Positions 40,906 to 50,356 of a DNA stretch of 64,000 nt are shown in pieces; position 1 is the stretch's first letter, and every line of letters begins with the position of its first letter. The stretch is from assembly GCA_963664015.2 (NCBI GenBank), contig CAXXLF010000002.1:1440001-1504000 (forward strand). Reading direction: 5' to 3'. The notes under the pieces are model-generated. The model saw nothing but the letters and a program-made list of their open reading frames with translations. It did not search any database and had not been told where the DNA came from. This DNA comes from Candidatus Binatia bacterium (GTDB lineage Bacteria; Desulfobacterota; Binatia; UBA9968; CAXXLF01). The position numbers and the translations under genes are program-made.

Positions 40906-41991
40906 TTACAGCGTCAGCTTATAGAACCGTTCAGCATTGCGATAGAGGACGGCTTCCTTGTCTTCCTGCGTCAGGTCGTTACTTTCCAGTAACTCCCAGA
41001 TATCATGCTTACAACTCTCGTTGGTCACCTCATGGGGAAAATCAGAAGAGTAGAAAAAAGGTTCGTTGCCCACTACCTTGATAGCAAATGGCATGGTCAG
41101 CTCCTCCGTCTCACAGCCGATATATAAACGGCCCTCTTTAATCTTATCGATGATGTACTGGCTCGGACGCTCTCCCTCCCTTATACCGAACTCGCCCTCG
41201 GGAATATGTTGAAAATGGGTTTCATGAGACGCATGAAATCGCTCCAGACACAGTAACAACCAGGCTACCCCACCCTCGAGAAACGCGATGCGCACGCGCG
41301 GGAAGCGGTCGAAGATTCCGTTAAAGACGATGCTCGCGCAGCTGATGGTTAGACCCCAGGGGTGGCCCAAGGCGTGCACCGGAACGTACATGTTCATGTG
41401 ATCCATGCCAAAGCGATCATGAGCCCCCCCGTGGACCGCCAGACAGCATCCTAGCCGATCGGCCTCGGCGTATACAGGCCAATACATTTTGGAGCCCAGG
41501 GGTGACGGCAGGCCGTTGGAGGGCATCATCCCGCCCAGCATTCCCAGCTCGGTCACAGCGCGGCGCAGCTCCTTCACGGCTTCCTCGGGATCCTGCATTG
41601 GGATGATTGCCATGCCCTTGAAGCGAGGGTCAAACTCCACGTAGGTGTGAAAAAGCCAATCGTTGTAAGCACGAGCTGCCACCACCGCGTAGTCGAGACT
41701 TACGATTTTACCGTAGGCAAGGGCTTTAGTTGGGTAGAGGACGGTCCAATCGATACCCACGTCATCGAGAAATTCGAGCCAGCCCTTAGGACCGACTCCG
41801 GGCCGGCCATCCCGCACGGGGGGTGTCTCTACCGCGCGTCCGGCGTGGAGGTGATCCAGGGGTGGAAAGACCATGTTTCTGCGTTCTGCTATTTTCCGGT
41901 AAGGGGAAGACATATGGGCAATGATTCCCTTGTTGTCCTCCTGAATGTGGCCGTCGCCATCGATGATTCTGGTCGCAAATTGCTTTGGCAT
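40906..41991 (-). CDS. amidohydrolase_2 family protein
   Basis: IIDGDGH, VHGG, FLEGG and SSDFPH motifs; GGAGG RBS. Confidence 0.9.
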   Translation of the reverse strand: MPKQFATRIIDGDGHIQEDNKGIIAHMSSPYRKIAERRNMVFPPLDHLHAGRAVETPPVRDGRPGVGPKGWLEFLDDVGIDWTVLYPTKALAYGKIVSLDYAVVAARAYNDWLFHTYVEFDPRFKGMAIIPMQDPEEAVKELRRAVTELGMLGGMMPSNGLPSPLGSKMYWPVYAEADRLGCCLAVHGGAHDRFGMDHMNMYVPVHALGHPWGLTISCASIVFNGIFDRFPRVRIAFLEGGVAWLLLCLERFHASHETHFQHIPEGEFGIREGERPSQYIIDKIKEGRLYIGCETEELTMPFAIKVVGNEPFFYSSDFPHEVTNESCKHDIWELLESNDLTQEDKEAVLYRNAERFYKLTL

Positions 41992-42528
41992 CCCTAGTCC
42001 CTCCTGATGAAATAAAGTTAGGATAGTTGTGTTGTCGTCATGGCATTGGATGGTGATCTTATAACCCAGGATGAGTTCGAGGATCAAGCTAAAGTCGGGG
42101 TTATTACCGATGCCAAATTTGCCGGGGTAGTCAATTTTCCCGTGGTTGGGGGTTTGGCAGCGTTATACGGCAGCAATAGACTCAGCCCTCACCGCTGCTG
42201 CTACTGGATTTGGATTAGACAAATCCACCAAGATTTTACAAAAAATTAAAAAGAAGGGGGCCAGACAATGAACCAAATACGCGGATATGCCGCACGGATT
42301 GATTATGACTTATCGATGGATGTGACCAAGGTGAAGGATATGGATGCTGGGACTACATCCGTAAATGCAATGGTGAATGAGGGCCTGCGTTTGATGCGTG
42401 GCCAGAAGATGGAACAGGTTGCCCAACAGAGGAAACGCAGAAATTCGCTATCTAGCTGGTGTTGGTCAAAACGGGGCAGTTGTCTCACCGTCTATCTCGC
42501 ATACGCACAGACGTGCTTTAGAATGAAT

Positions 42529-44742
42529 TCACCTCTTGAGCCCGGTAAAGATCTTCTCAGCATTGAGGGGCAGCGAGAGAACCCTCAAACCCACTGCGTC
42601 CTCTATGGCGTTGGCGATGGCCGCCGCCGTGGGCACATTGGCCACTTCCCCTATAGGCATGCTGTTGTACGGCCCCGGCGCAGCACTTACCGATTCAAGG
42701 ACCGAAGTCTTGAGCGGCGGGACATCGCGTATGCAGGGGATTTTATAATCTCCAAAGTTGGTGGTTATCACCTTCCCGTCTTCGAACATCAGGTGCTCCG
42801 TCAAGGCATACCCCAGCCCGAAGACGATCCCTCCCTCGATCTGGCCCTGGTGAGCAAGCGGGTTAATAACCTTTCCCGTCGTATGGGAGGAAACCAGCTG
42901 CCGCAGCTTGACCTGGCCCGTCTCGGGATCCACTTCGACCTCGGCTACCTGTGCTGCCACGGTCGAAACGTGCGGCTTTTGAGAACTCTTGTAGTATCCC
43001 CGCGCGTCGATAGGCGACCCTTTGGTCCGCACTACCTCGGCAAAGCTCATACGCCTTTTGCTCGGACGATGGACTACAAATTCGTCGGCCAGGGTTAGCT
43101 CCTCTTTTTTGACATTCAAATGCCCGGCGGCGACCGCAAGGATCTCCTCCCTGGCTTTTACGGCCGCCTCGAAGGCCGCGTTGCCGTACACCCGGGTCGC
43201 CCTGCTGCCACCCACACCGCCGTCGCTCTCGACGGTCGTCGTGTCCAGATGTTCAAACTTCATGGCCTGAGTGGAGGTTTTCAGCTCTTGGGCGATAACC
43301 CCGCAGATGACCGTGTAAGTACCGGCCCCTTGATCCACCACGGGAGAGGCTGCCGTGATAGTCCCCTTTTCATCGATCTTGACGAAGACGTTCCCTTCAC
43401 CGCCACCGGGTCCCCACTCGGCAAAGGCCAGTCCCCGGCCCACGTTCTTTGCTTTCGGCTTATGGTACCCGGACAGGACAATGGCCTTATCCAGGGCCTC
43501 CACCGCCTTGATATGCTCCATGGTCTCACCCATAGGTGAAACGTCACCGTCTCGCAGCAAGTTTTTCCGCTTGAACGCGATGGGGTCCATACCCAGCTTG
43601 CGTGCCACGATATCCATCTGACTCTCATTGGCGAAAAACCCTTGTGGATCACCGGGTGAACGCATATGGCCGCACGGGACCTTATTTGTATAAACCATCT
43701 TTTCTTCAATTCGGGTATTGGCGATCCGGTAGGGCCCTGCGCAACTCATGGCGCCGCGAAGGTAGCCGGCGGGTTTCATCGAGCCGAAGGCACCGCTGTC
43801 GAAGATAAACTCCATGTGGTGGGCGACAATGGTTCCATCCTTCCTGACTCCGGTCTCCACCTTGATGATCGAGGCGTGTCGCGGGTTGGCAGCGCTCAAC
43901 TCCTCCTCGTAGTTCATGACCACTTTGACCGGGGCGCCGCTCTTGAGTGAGAGAAAATAGGCGACGGGGATATTCATGAATCCACCCTTACCGCCAAAGT
44001 CGCCACCGATGTGGACCGGGTGGCAGACGATCTTCTCCGGAGGGATCCCCACCGCAGTGGAGAGCTGCTTGCGCACGCCAAACGGGGCCTTGGAGCAGGA
44101 CCAGATTTCTGCACCTCCGGAAGGGTCAGCCTTGACCACGCAAGCATGGGGTTCGATGTAGGACTGGTGCACGACCTGAGTCTCGAAGGTGTTTTCGACC
44201 ACCAACTCGGCTTGTTGAAAACCAGCGTCGATGTCGCCGCTCCCCCAGCAGAAGTAGGCGAACAGATTGCTTGCGGTCTCGAGCTTGGACGGGAGACCTT
44301 TATAGGAAAGTACGTCGGGGTGAATCAGCGGGGCCGTCGGGCTCATCGCCGCGACGGGATCCAGGACCGGTTCCAGTTCTTCGTATTCGACCTCGATCAG
44401 ACCGAGCGCCTGTTCCGCAGCCTCTTCCGTAACCGCGGCAACCGCCGCCACTTTGTCGCCAACAAATCGGACTACATCGTCGGCCAGGATTGGCGTGTCG
44501 TAGATCTGCCTGCCGATCCGCATCCCGGCCACGTCCTGACCGGTAACAACGCACCTGACACCGGGGACCTGGAGGGCCGCACCGATCTCTATCCGCTTGA
44601 TGCGACCGTAAGCAATCGGGCTGCGAAGGATCTTACCCCAGAGGGTCCCTGGCAATGCCACGTCCGCACTATAGACAGCGCTACCGGTAACCTTTTCTAA
44701 TCCCTCGATCTTCGGTGTGGATCGTCCAACAACCTGAGCCAT
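42529..44742 (-). CDS. xanthine oxidase-family molybdopterin-binding large subunit
   Basis: KVTG, RSP, HQSYIEPH, GGDFGGK, GQIEGG and E..N.P.AAAIANA motifs. Confidence 0.92.
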   Translation of the reverse strand: MAQVVGRSTPKIEGLEKVTGSAVYSADVALPGTLWGKILRSPIAYGRIKRIEIGAALQVPGVRCVVTGQDVAGMRIGRQIYDTPILADDVVRFVGDKVAAVAAVTEEAAEQALGLIEVEYEELEPVLDPVAAMSPTAPLIHPDVLSYKGLPSKLETASNLFAYFCWGSGDIDAGFQQAELVVENTFETQVVHQSYIEPHACVVKADPSGGAEIWSCSKAPFGVRKQLSTAVGIPPEKIVCHPVHIGGDFGGKGGFMNIPVAYFLSLKSGAPVKVVMNYEEELSAANPRHASIIKVETGVRKDGTIVAHHMEFIFDSGAFGSMKPAGYLRGAMSCAGPYRIANTRIEEKMVYTNKVPCGHMRSPGDPQGFFANESQMDIVARKLGMDPIAFKRKNLLRDGDVSPMGETMEHIKAVEALDKAIVLSGYHKPKAKNVGRGLAFAEWGPGGGEGNVFVKIDEKGTITAASPVVDQGAGTYTVICGVIAQELKTSTQAMKFEHLDTTTVESDGGVGGSRATRVYGNAAFEAAVKAREEILAVAAGHLNVKKEELTLADEFVVHRPSKRRMSFAEVVRTKGSPIDARGYYKSSQKPHVSTVAAQVAEVEVDPETGQVKLRQLVSSHTTGKVINPLAHQGQIEGGIVFGLGYALTEHLMFEDGKVITTNFGDYKIPCIRDVPPLKTSVLESVSAAPGPYNSMPIGEVANVPTAAAIANAIEDAVGLRVLSLPLNAEKIFTGLKR

Positions 44743-44759
44743 TTGTTTTCCTCCTGGAA

Positions 44760-44960
44760 TAGTAATCAGTCTTCAGTTCTGAGTGATCGGTGTTTAGTGT
44801 TACGCTTCAACCGGTAGATTTCCCGTTATTATCACTCCGGCTTTACCCCGCCGGCTCTTTGATTGTCAAGATCCGTTTCACGCCTTGCGCTCTGCGCTTT
44901 TCCTTTTTCTTACCTGATCGCTGAAAGCTGACGGCTGACAGCTAAATTCCTCAGCACTAT
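44760..44960. repeat. intergenic repeat block R8
   Basis: GCTGAAA/GCTGACG/GCTGACA heptamers; 44913-44942 is the reverse complement of 59009-59038 (3 mismatches). Confidence 0.75.
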
Positions 44961-44975
44961 GACCTGTCCTGGTAT

Positions 44976-45004
44976 TTGACAGTCCATCGGTGGGGTAATA
45001 GACT
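44976..45004 (+). promoter_or_regulatory. sigma70 promoter
   Basis: TTGACA-N17-TAGACT. Confidence 0.7.
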
Positions 45005-45050
45005 GCGGCCCAATTCAGCAAACCGATTCATCGTACGATGGGAGGACGCT

Positions 45051-46148
45051 ATGGCAAAGGACATGAAGACCGAAGGAAAGCCCGATGTGAAGCTCCAGGT
45101 GGCGCGCGCAAGCTGGGGACCACGCTACAATGCTGCCGGCATTCCCAGCGCGGACTTCGAAGAGGTCTCCCAATCCATTGACCGCTGGGACGATTGGTGC
45201 AAGGCCTGGTCCGAGCGCGGCGCCGTCCATGAAAAGATCGGGCGCGAAGCCCTCGCCAAAGGGTACAAGTTAAGCGCAGGTCGCCACCTGACCACAGCGG
45301 CGCTCTGCTATCACTTCGCAAAGTGTATGTTCGTGGACGATATGAACCAGCTACGCGCGGCCCACAAAAAGGCCGTAGAGTGCCGCACCCTGGCGATGCC
45401 CTACCTCGATCCCCCGGGTGAGCGCATAGAGATTCCGTACGAGGGCAAGTTCCTTGCAGGTAACCTGCGCAGGCCCGCCGGCCAGCCACAGCCGCCCGTG
45501 GTCGTAATTATCTCCGGTATGGACTCGTGCAAGGAAGAACACCACAACGTAGAGCAGGTCTTTCTCGAGCGCGGCATGGCGACCTTCGCCTTTGACGGAC
45601 CTGGCCAGGGCGAGGCCGAATACGACTTTCCGGTACGCCACGACTTCGAGGTGCCCGCCGGCGTGGTCTTCGACTGGATCGAAACCAGAAAAGACCTCGA
45701 TGCCGGCCGTATCGGTGTCCTGGGAGGCAGCATGGGCGGGTACTACGCAGCGCGGGTGGCGGCTTGTGAAAAGCGGGTCAAGGCCTGCATCGCTGCTAGC
45801 GGCGCCTTCAGCGTCCTGGAGAACTTCGATCCACGACCCCCGACCCTGAAGGACGTTTACAAGCTGCGCACGCACTCCAAGACCGTGGAAGAAGCACGCG
45901 AAAAGATCAAGGCCTTTAGCCTCGAGGCAGTGGCCAAGAATATCACCTGCCCGATCCTGGTTATCGCCGCCAAGGAAGACAAGATCACGCGCTGGCAGGA
46001 CGGTGAGAGGCTATCACGCGAGGTGTCGGGTCCGGCCAAGTTCCTACTTATCGAGGGGGCCAACCACGTGGCCATGAACCGCACCTATCGCCACTGGACG
46101 CAATCCGCAGACTGGATGGCAGACCAGATGGACCTTCCGAAGCGGTAA
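45051..46148 (+). CDS. alpha/beta hydrolase, 2,6-dihydroxypseudooxynicotine hydrolase/FrsA-like
   Basis: GMDSCKEE, FDGPGQGE, GGSMGG nucleophile elbow and GANH motifs; GGAGG RBS. Confidence 0.85.
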   Translation: MAKDMKTEGKPDVKLQVARASWGPRYNAAGIPSADFEEVSQSIDRWDDWCKAWSERGAVHEKIGREALAKGYKLSAGRHLTTAALCYHFAKCMFVDDMNQLRAAHKKAVECRTLAMPYLDPPGERIEIPYEGKFLAGNLRRPAGQPQPPVVVIISGMDSCKEEHHNVEQVFLERGMATFAFDGPGQGEAEYDFPVRHDFEVPAGVVFDWIETRKDLDAGRIGVLGGSMGGYYAARVAACEKRVKACIAASGAFSVLENFDPRPPTLKDVYKLRTHSKTVEEAREKIKAFSLEAVAKNITCPILVIAAKEDKITRWQDGERLSREVSGPAKFLLIEGANHVAMNRTYRHWTQSADWMADQMDLPKR

Positions 46149-46149
46149 A

Positions 46150-46640
46150 ATACAATCGGCTCTTAGCTGTCAGCCTGACCGAGCCAGAGGTCGGCGATCA
46201 GAAGTCAGAGAGCAGAGGGCGGATGTCGGAAACACTGCAAAGGGCAACACGCAAAGCACGCCAAATAGAGAATTCGGGACTCGAAAACTGGGAACTGCGC
46301 CCTGATAACTGATAACTAGACTCCCTCAGTACTCAGCACTCGTTACTCAGTACTGACCTGCTGATCACTGATACCTGAACTCTTACCCATGATCTCTGAC
46401 TTCCGACCCCTGATATCTGATCTCTGACTTGCTGCATACCACCTGCTGTCTTTCTATGTTCTGGCTCTGTCCCTATCTCTATCTCTGTCCGTTCGTAGTC
46501 CCGTAGTGGGTAGTCCGTGGTCTCTTCCTGCTTTGCATCGCTGACGGCTGACAGCTAATTGCTCTTTGCCCTTAGCTCTATGCGCTTTGCTTCTTTCTTT
46601 GCTGACCTCCGACCTCTGGCCCTTGCCCTCTGCTCCTAGC
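46150..46640. repeat. intergenic mosaic repeat block R9
   Basis: CAGAAGT, CTGATAA, CTCAGTA-CTCAGCA-CTCGTTA-CTCAGTA (46325-52), CTGACTT, GTAGTCC and GCTGACG modules. Confidence 0.85.
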
Positions 46641-46646
46641 CCCCCG

Positions 46647-46674
46647 TTGACACATAGCATCGCCGTGTTAGACT
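46647..46674 (+). promoter_or_regulatory. sigma70 promoter (extended -10), near-leaderless
   Basis: TTGACA-N16-TAGACT with TG upstream of -10; ATG 9 nt after the -10 box. Confidence 0.55.
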
Positions 46675-46683
46675 ACCTCCGTT

Positions 46684-47781
46684 ATGTCCATCGACACGGG
46701 TTTATACGAACGGACCTTTCGCGGTACTACGGTTGGAGCCACGGAGAATGTCCTCTTCTCCTCCGACTCCCATGTCATAGAGCCCCAGGAGGCCGTACAG
46801 AGCCGCGTAGCCAAAGCCTTCCAGGACCGTGCTCCTCGCTTTCCCGAGCTGAAGACTGGAGAGGGGTTTCAGACCCACCCCGGCGGGTCGGACCCTCGGC
46901 TACGCATCAAGGAGATGGCGACCGACGGTGTCAGCGCCGAGGTCCTCTACCCCACCCATGCACTGAGTATCTTTGCCATGGATGACGCCCCCCTCCAGGA
47001 GGAGTGCTGCCGGGCGTACAACGATTGGCTGATCGAGTACTGCCAGGTCGACACGAGCCGACTGGTCGGCATCCCGATGATCTCGACTTACAACATGGAC
47101 AATGCGGTCAAAGAGCTCGAACGGTGCGCCAAGACGGGTCTCCGCGGCGCCCTGGTCTGGCAGGTCCCGCCCAAAGAGATCGCCTTTACCACCGAGCACT
47201 ACGAGCGGTTCTGGGCTGCGGCCCAGGAACTTCAGATGCCGGTGAACCTCCACATCCTGTCCGGGTTCGGCTACGCGAGGAACCGTGAGGGCCGCGAGAA
47301 GGGCGTCGAACGCTACCGGGCCAGTGTGAACCTCAAACTGGCAGAGGCCACCAACGCATTGATGGACGTGATCTTTTCCGGGGTACTGGAGCGCTACCCG
47401 CGACTCAAAGTCGTCCTGGTAGAAAACGAGATCGGCTGGTTGCCCTATGTCCTTGAGCAGTGGGACTACTACTTTGGCCGCCACAGTCCAAGTGCGCCTT
47501 TGACCATCGACAAGCGTCCCAGCGAGTACTTCAACCGACAGGTCTTCGCGACCTTCTTCAACGACTCGGTCGGCGCCCATCTCTTCTCCTGGTGGGGCGT
47601 GGACAACTGCATGTGGTCCAACGACTACCCCCACGCTAATTCGACCTGGCCCCACTCGCGGGAGGTGATCGCACGGGACCTGGGACACCTTCCTCCCGAG
47701 GCCCGCGCCAAGCTCGTCCGCGAGAATGTCGCCCGCCTGTACAATATGTCCATCCCCGAGCCTCTGGCGACCACCAGCTAG
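46684..47781 (+). CDS. amidohydrolase_2 family protein
   Basis: SSDSHVIEP, EVLYPT, NLH, ENEIGW and WSNDYPH motifs. Confidence 0.9.
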   Translation: MSIDTGLYERTFRGTTVGATENVLFSSDSHVIEPQEAVQSRVAKAFQDRAPRFPELKTGEGFQTHPGGSDPRLRIKEMATDGVSAEVLYPTHALSIFAMDDAPLQEECCRAYNDWLIEYCQVDTSRLVGIPMISTYNMDNAVKELERCAKTGLRGALVWQVPPKEIAFTTEHYERFWAAAQELQMPVNLHILSGFGYARNREGREKGVERYRASVNLKLAEATNALMDVIFSGVLERYPRLKVVLVENEIGWLPYVLEQWDYYFGRHSPSAPLTIDKRPSEYFNRQVFATFFNDSVGAHLFSWWGVDNCMWSNDYPHANSTWPHSREVIARDLGHLPPEARAKLVRENVARLYNMSIPEPLATTS

Positions 47782-47912
47782 TGTTTAGTTCTCAGTAATC
47801 AGTTTTCAGTATTAAAGTTCGAATTGCTTCCTGATGCTACAATCCTATACCTGCTCCAAGGTTGGTGCAGATTGGTGGGGAATGAAAATTAAAACGTTTA
47901 AGGATTAAAGGA

Positions 47913-48122
47913 ATGCCCGGGAAATGCACACAATGTGGATCGAGGACCTACCTGGGTCGAACCACGATACAAACCGACCTACTTGAGATCCGCAACGTCC
48001 CCTGCACCGCTTGCCAAGAATGCGGGAATGAGGAGATAGGACATCAGGTTCAGAGTAGAATCGACAAGCTAGTGGAACGATCAGGCAAAGGAAAACTAAA
48101 GGATCGAGTAGTGACAATGTAA
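47913..48122 (+). CDS. YgiT-type zinc finger protein
   Basis: CTQCG and NVPC.ACQECG motifs. Confidence 0.75.
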   Translation: MPGKCTQCGSRTYLGRTTIQTDLLEIRNVPCTACQECGNEEIGHQVQSRIDKLVERSGKGKLKDRVVTM

Positions 48123-48149
48123 GGGGTTACGGCGAGATCCCTTTAATCT

Positions 48150-48215
48150 TAGATGACGGCTAACAGCCTTCTTGGGTTTTTTTCCTTTTTACTTTTTACT
48201 TTCGCCTTGCCAACT
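48150..48215. repeat. partial repeat block R11
   Basis: GACGGCTAACAGCCTTCTT..TTTTTACTTTT variant of 39691-39740; abuts the amidase stop. Confidence 0.65.
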
Positions 48216-48216
48216 A

Positions 48217-49728
48217 CTACACCCCCATCGTACTCACCGGGGGTCTTCGGTGCTGGGTTGCCTGCTCGTAAGAGTAAGCCAACTTGATCATAGTTCCATC
48301 ATCGTAGGGCCTTCCGAGAAAGCATAAACCGGCAGGAAGGTGGTCCCGCGTGAATCCCGCTGGGACAACGATGGAGGGAACGAATACCACGAAGGTGTTT
48401 AGCTGGGCCACCCCCTTGGTATCCACGTAAGGCGGATTGATCCCCTCGCTAATCAGTGTGGGCTGATGCTCCACGGCCTTGTGTACGATGGCGTCCAGCC
48501 GATTATCCGCCATAACCTTTAATAAATCGGTCATCAATTCCTCTCGTACCTTCAGGTACTCGTAGTGCCTGGTCTCATTTGACGATGATGCCCACCTATC
48601 CCGTGAGCGTTTGTTCACCTGTTCGAACTTCGGGGACTGCATGACCTCATCCTGGGACTTGAATGGAGGATTCTTGCTCCTACCGAAGTACACCTCGAAG
48701 GACTCCCTCCCCCCACCAGGGCCTCCCGCCCGTTTTGTAAGCGCCTCTTTTATACTTGGAATGACGATGGGGTCAACGAGCTCGGCACCGGCGGCCTTCA
48801 GTTCGTCTAGCGCGTGATCGAAAACCTCCGTGATCTTTTTGAAGTCTTCCGAATCCGGCTCGGACCCGATCCCTATGGGTTCGCGCAAAACTCCGATACG
48901 GGCTCCCGACAAGCCGCTGTTATCGAGATATTCTGTGTAGCTCTCGGGGATATGCCCCACACCCCTTGCGGTTAACGGGTCTTCCGGATCGTAGCCCACC
49001 ATGACGTCCAATAGAGAGGCCAGGTCTCTGACCGTACGGGCCATGGGGCCGAGCGAACCGTTGATATCCGGCCAGCCCGCGTAGACACCGCCGCGGCTCA
49101 CCAAGCCGGCCGTAGGTCTCATCCCCACGATGGAGTTCCAGGTCGAGGGCCTGCGGATGGATGCCATACCCTCCTGTCCAACGGCTACCGTTGAAAAGTT
49201 CGCTGCAACACTCGCCGCGGAACCGCCGGAGGAACCTCCGACCGTTCGATCCAGTGCATAAGGGTTCCGGGTGGATCCGAAGAGGGACCCATGAGTGTCC
49301 CCACCACCCAATTCTCCCAGCGTGGCTTTTCCCAATAGTATCGCCCCGGCCCCTTTCAGCTTCTCCGCTACAAAAGAATCTCGATCCGGGTAGTAGTCCT
49401 CGAACAGGACCGAGCCCAGGGTCGTTGGCATGCCCTTGGCGTCGAACTGATCCTTGAGGATGACGGGTATCCCATGCAGCGAACCCACCAGACCCTTCGT
49501 CTTGAATGCGGCATCGAGCCGATCGGCCTCCTCAAGGGCCTTGGAGTTCAACGTGATAATCGCGTTAAGGGCGGGGCCCTTCTTGTTGTACTCCTCTATA
49601 CGATCCAGATACATCTGGACCAGTTGGCGCGCTGTGAGCCGCTCCGATTTATAGGCGCTATGGATATCCGCTATGGTCGCCTCAAGGATGCGAAAGGGTA
49701 CTATTGCTTTCCCAGCATTTACAGCCAT
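48217..49728 (-). CDS. amidase signature family enzyme
   Basis: LHGIPVILKD, GGSSGGSAA and SIRRP motifs. Confidence 0.9.
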   Translation of the reverse strand: MAVNAGKAIVPFRILEATIADIHSAYKSERLTARQLVQMYLDRIEEYNKKGPALNAIITLNSKALEEADRLDAAFKTKGLVGSLHGIPVILKDQFDAKGMPTTLGSVLFEDYYPDRDSFVAEKLKGAGAILLGKATLGELGGGDTHGSLFGSTRNPYALDRTVGGSSGGSAASVAANFSTVAVGQEGMASIRRPSTWNSIVGMRPTAGLVSRGGVYAGWPDINGSLGPMARTVRDLASLLDVMVGYDPEDPLTARGVGHIPESYTEYLDNSGLSGARIGVLREPIGIGSEPDSEDFKKITEVFDHALDELKAAGAELVDPIVIPSIKEALTKRAGGPGGGRESFEVYFGRSKNPPFKSQDEVMQSPKFEQVNKRSRDRWASSSNETRHYEYLKVREELMTDLLKVMADNRLDAIVHKAVEHQPTLISEGINPPYVDTKGVAQLNTFVVFVPSIVVPAGFTRDHLPAGLCFLGRPYDDGTMIKLAYSYEQATQHRRPPVSTMGV

Positions 49729-50199
49729 TGAACCCTCCTCATTTTTGTTGGCCAATTTCACGCCATCCATAGTTCAATCACCAACAAAAGTCCACCTCCC
49801 TTACCACCTTGGCATATTTCCTGCCTCTCATGTTCCAGATAGCGGAAGTAACGCCATTCATAGGGAGATTTGTTTATGGGACGTCAGAAAAATCTATCAG
49901 ACCAGGATCCGGCACGTACAAAAATGCCCGAGCAGACAAGGCTCGGCTAGAAGTGGGATTCGACAAAAGACCGCCTGGCAGCCGCCATTAGTGATTTAGA
50001 GGAAAAAGATACTTCAGAAATTCCCGAGGATTTACTAGCCCTCGAAAAACTTCTCTACGGCAACCGTAATAAGGAGGAGTAACCACGGGCATGGGGTGGT
50101 CTCAGATTGCGCCCAGCGTCTCGAGACATCACACTCCCGATCGTTAAAAAGTGGCCCGCCCTATTTTTTTGATTATCTGTAATCCTGAAGTGTATAGAC

Positions 50200-50356
50200 C
50201 CTTAGCTCTTAACTGAGAACCGACAACGGATAGCTATCTTCCTGCCCACTGCGTTCTTCGATGCAAAATTAATTATCTCCGATAATCGGCGTGAATCTGC
50301 GGCTGGGAACTCTTAACGCTTTGCCTTTTTACTTTTTCCTTTTAACTTGCGCAGCT
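50200..50356. repeat. intergenic repeat block R12
   Basis: ATAATCGGCGTGAATCTGCGG module plus TTTGCCTTTTTACTTTTTCCTTTTAACTTG; abuts stop at 50357. Confidence 0.8.

Noticed and set aside
42529-44742. Aerobic CO dehydrogenase CoxL call
   Set aside because: Lacks the AYxCSFR/AYRGAGR loop and has no coxM/coxS neighbours
49809-50083. Possible gene remnant ending LEKLLYGNRNKEE*
   Set aside because: No family could be assigned; too fragmentary to call
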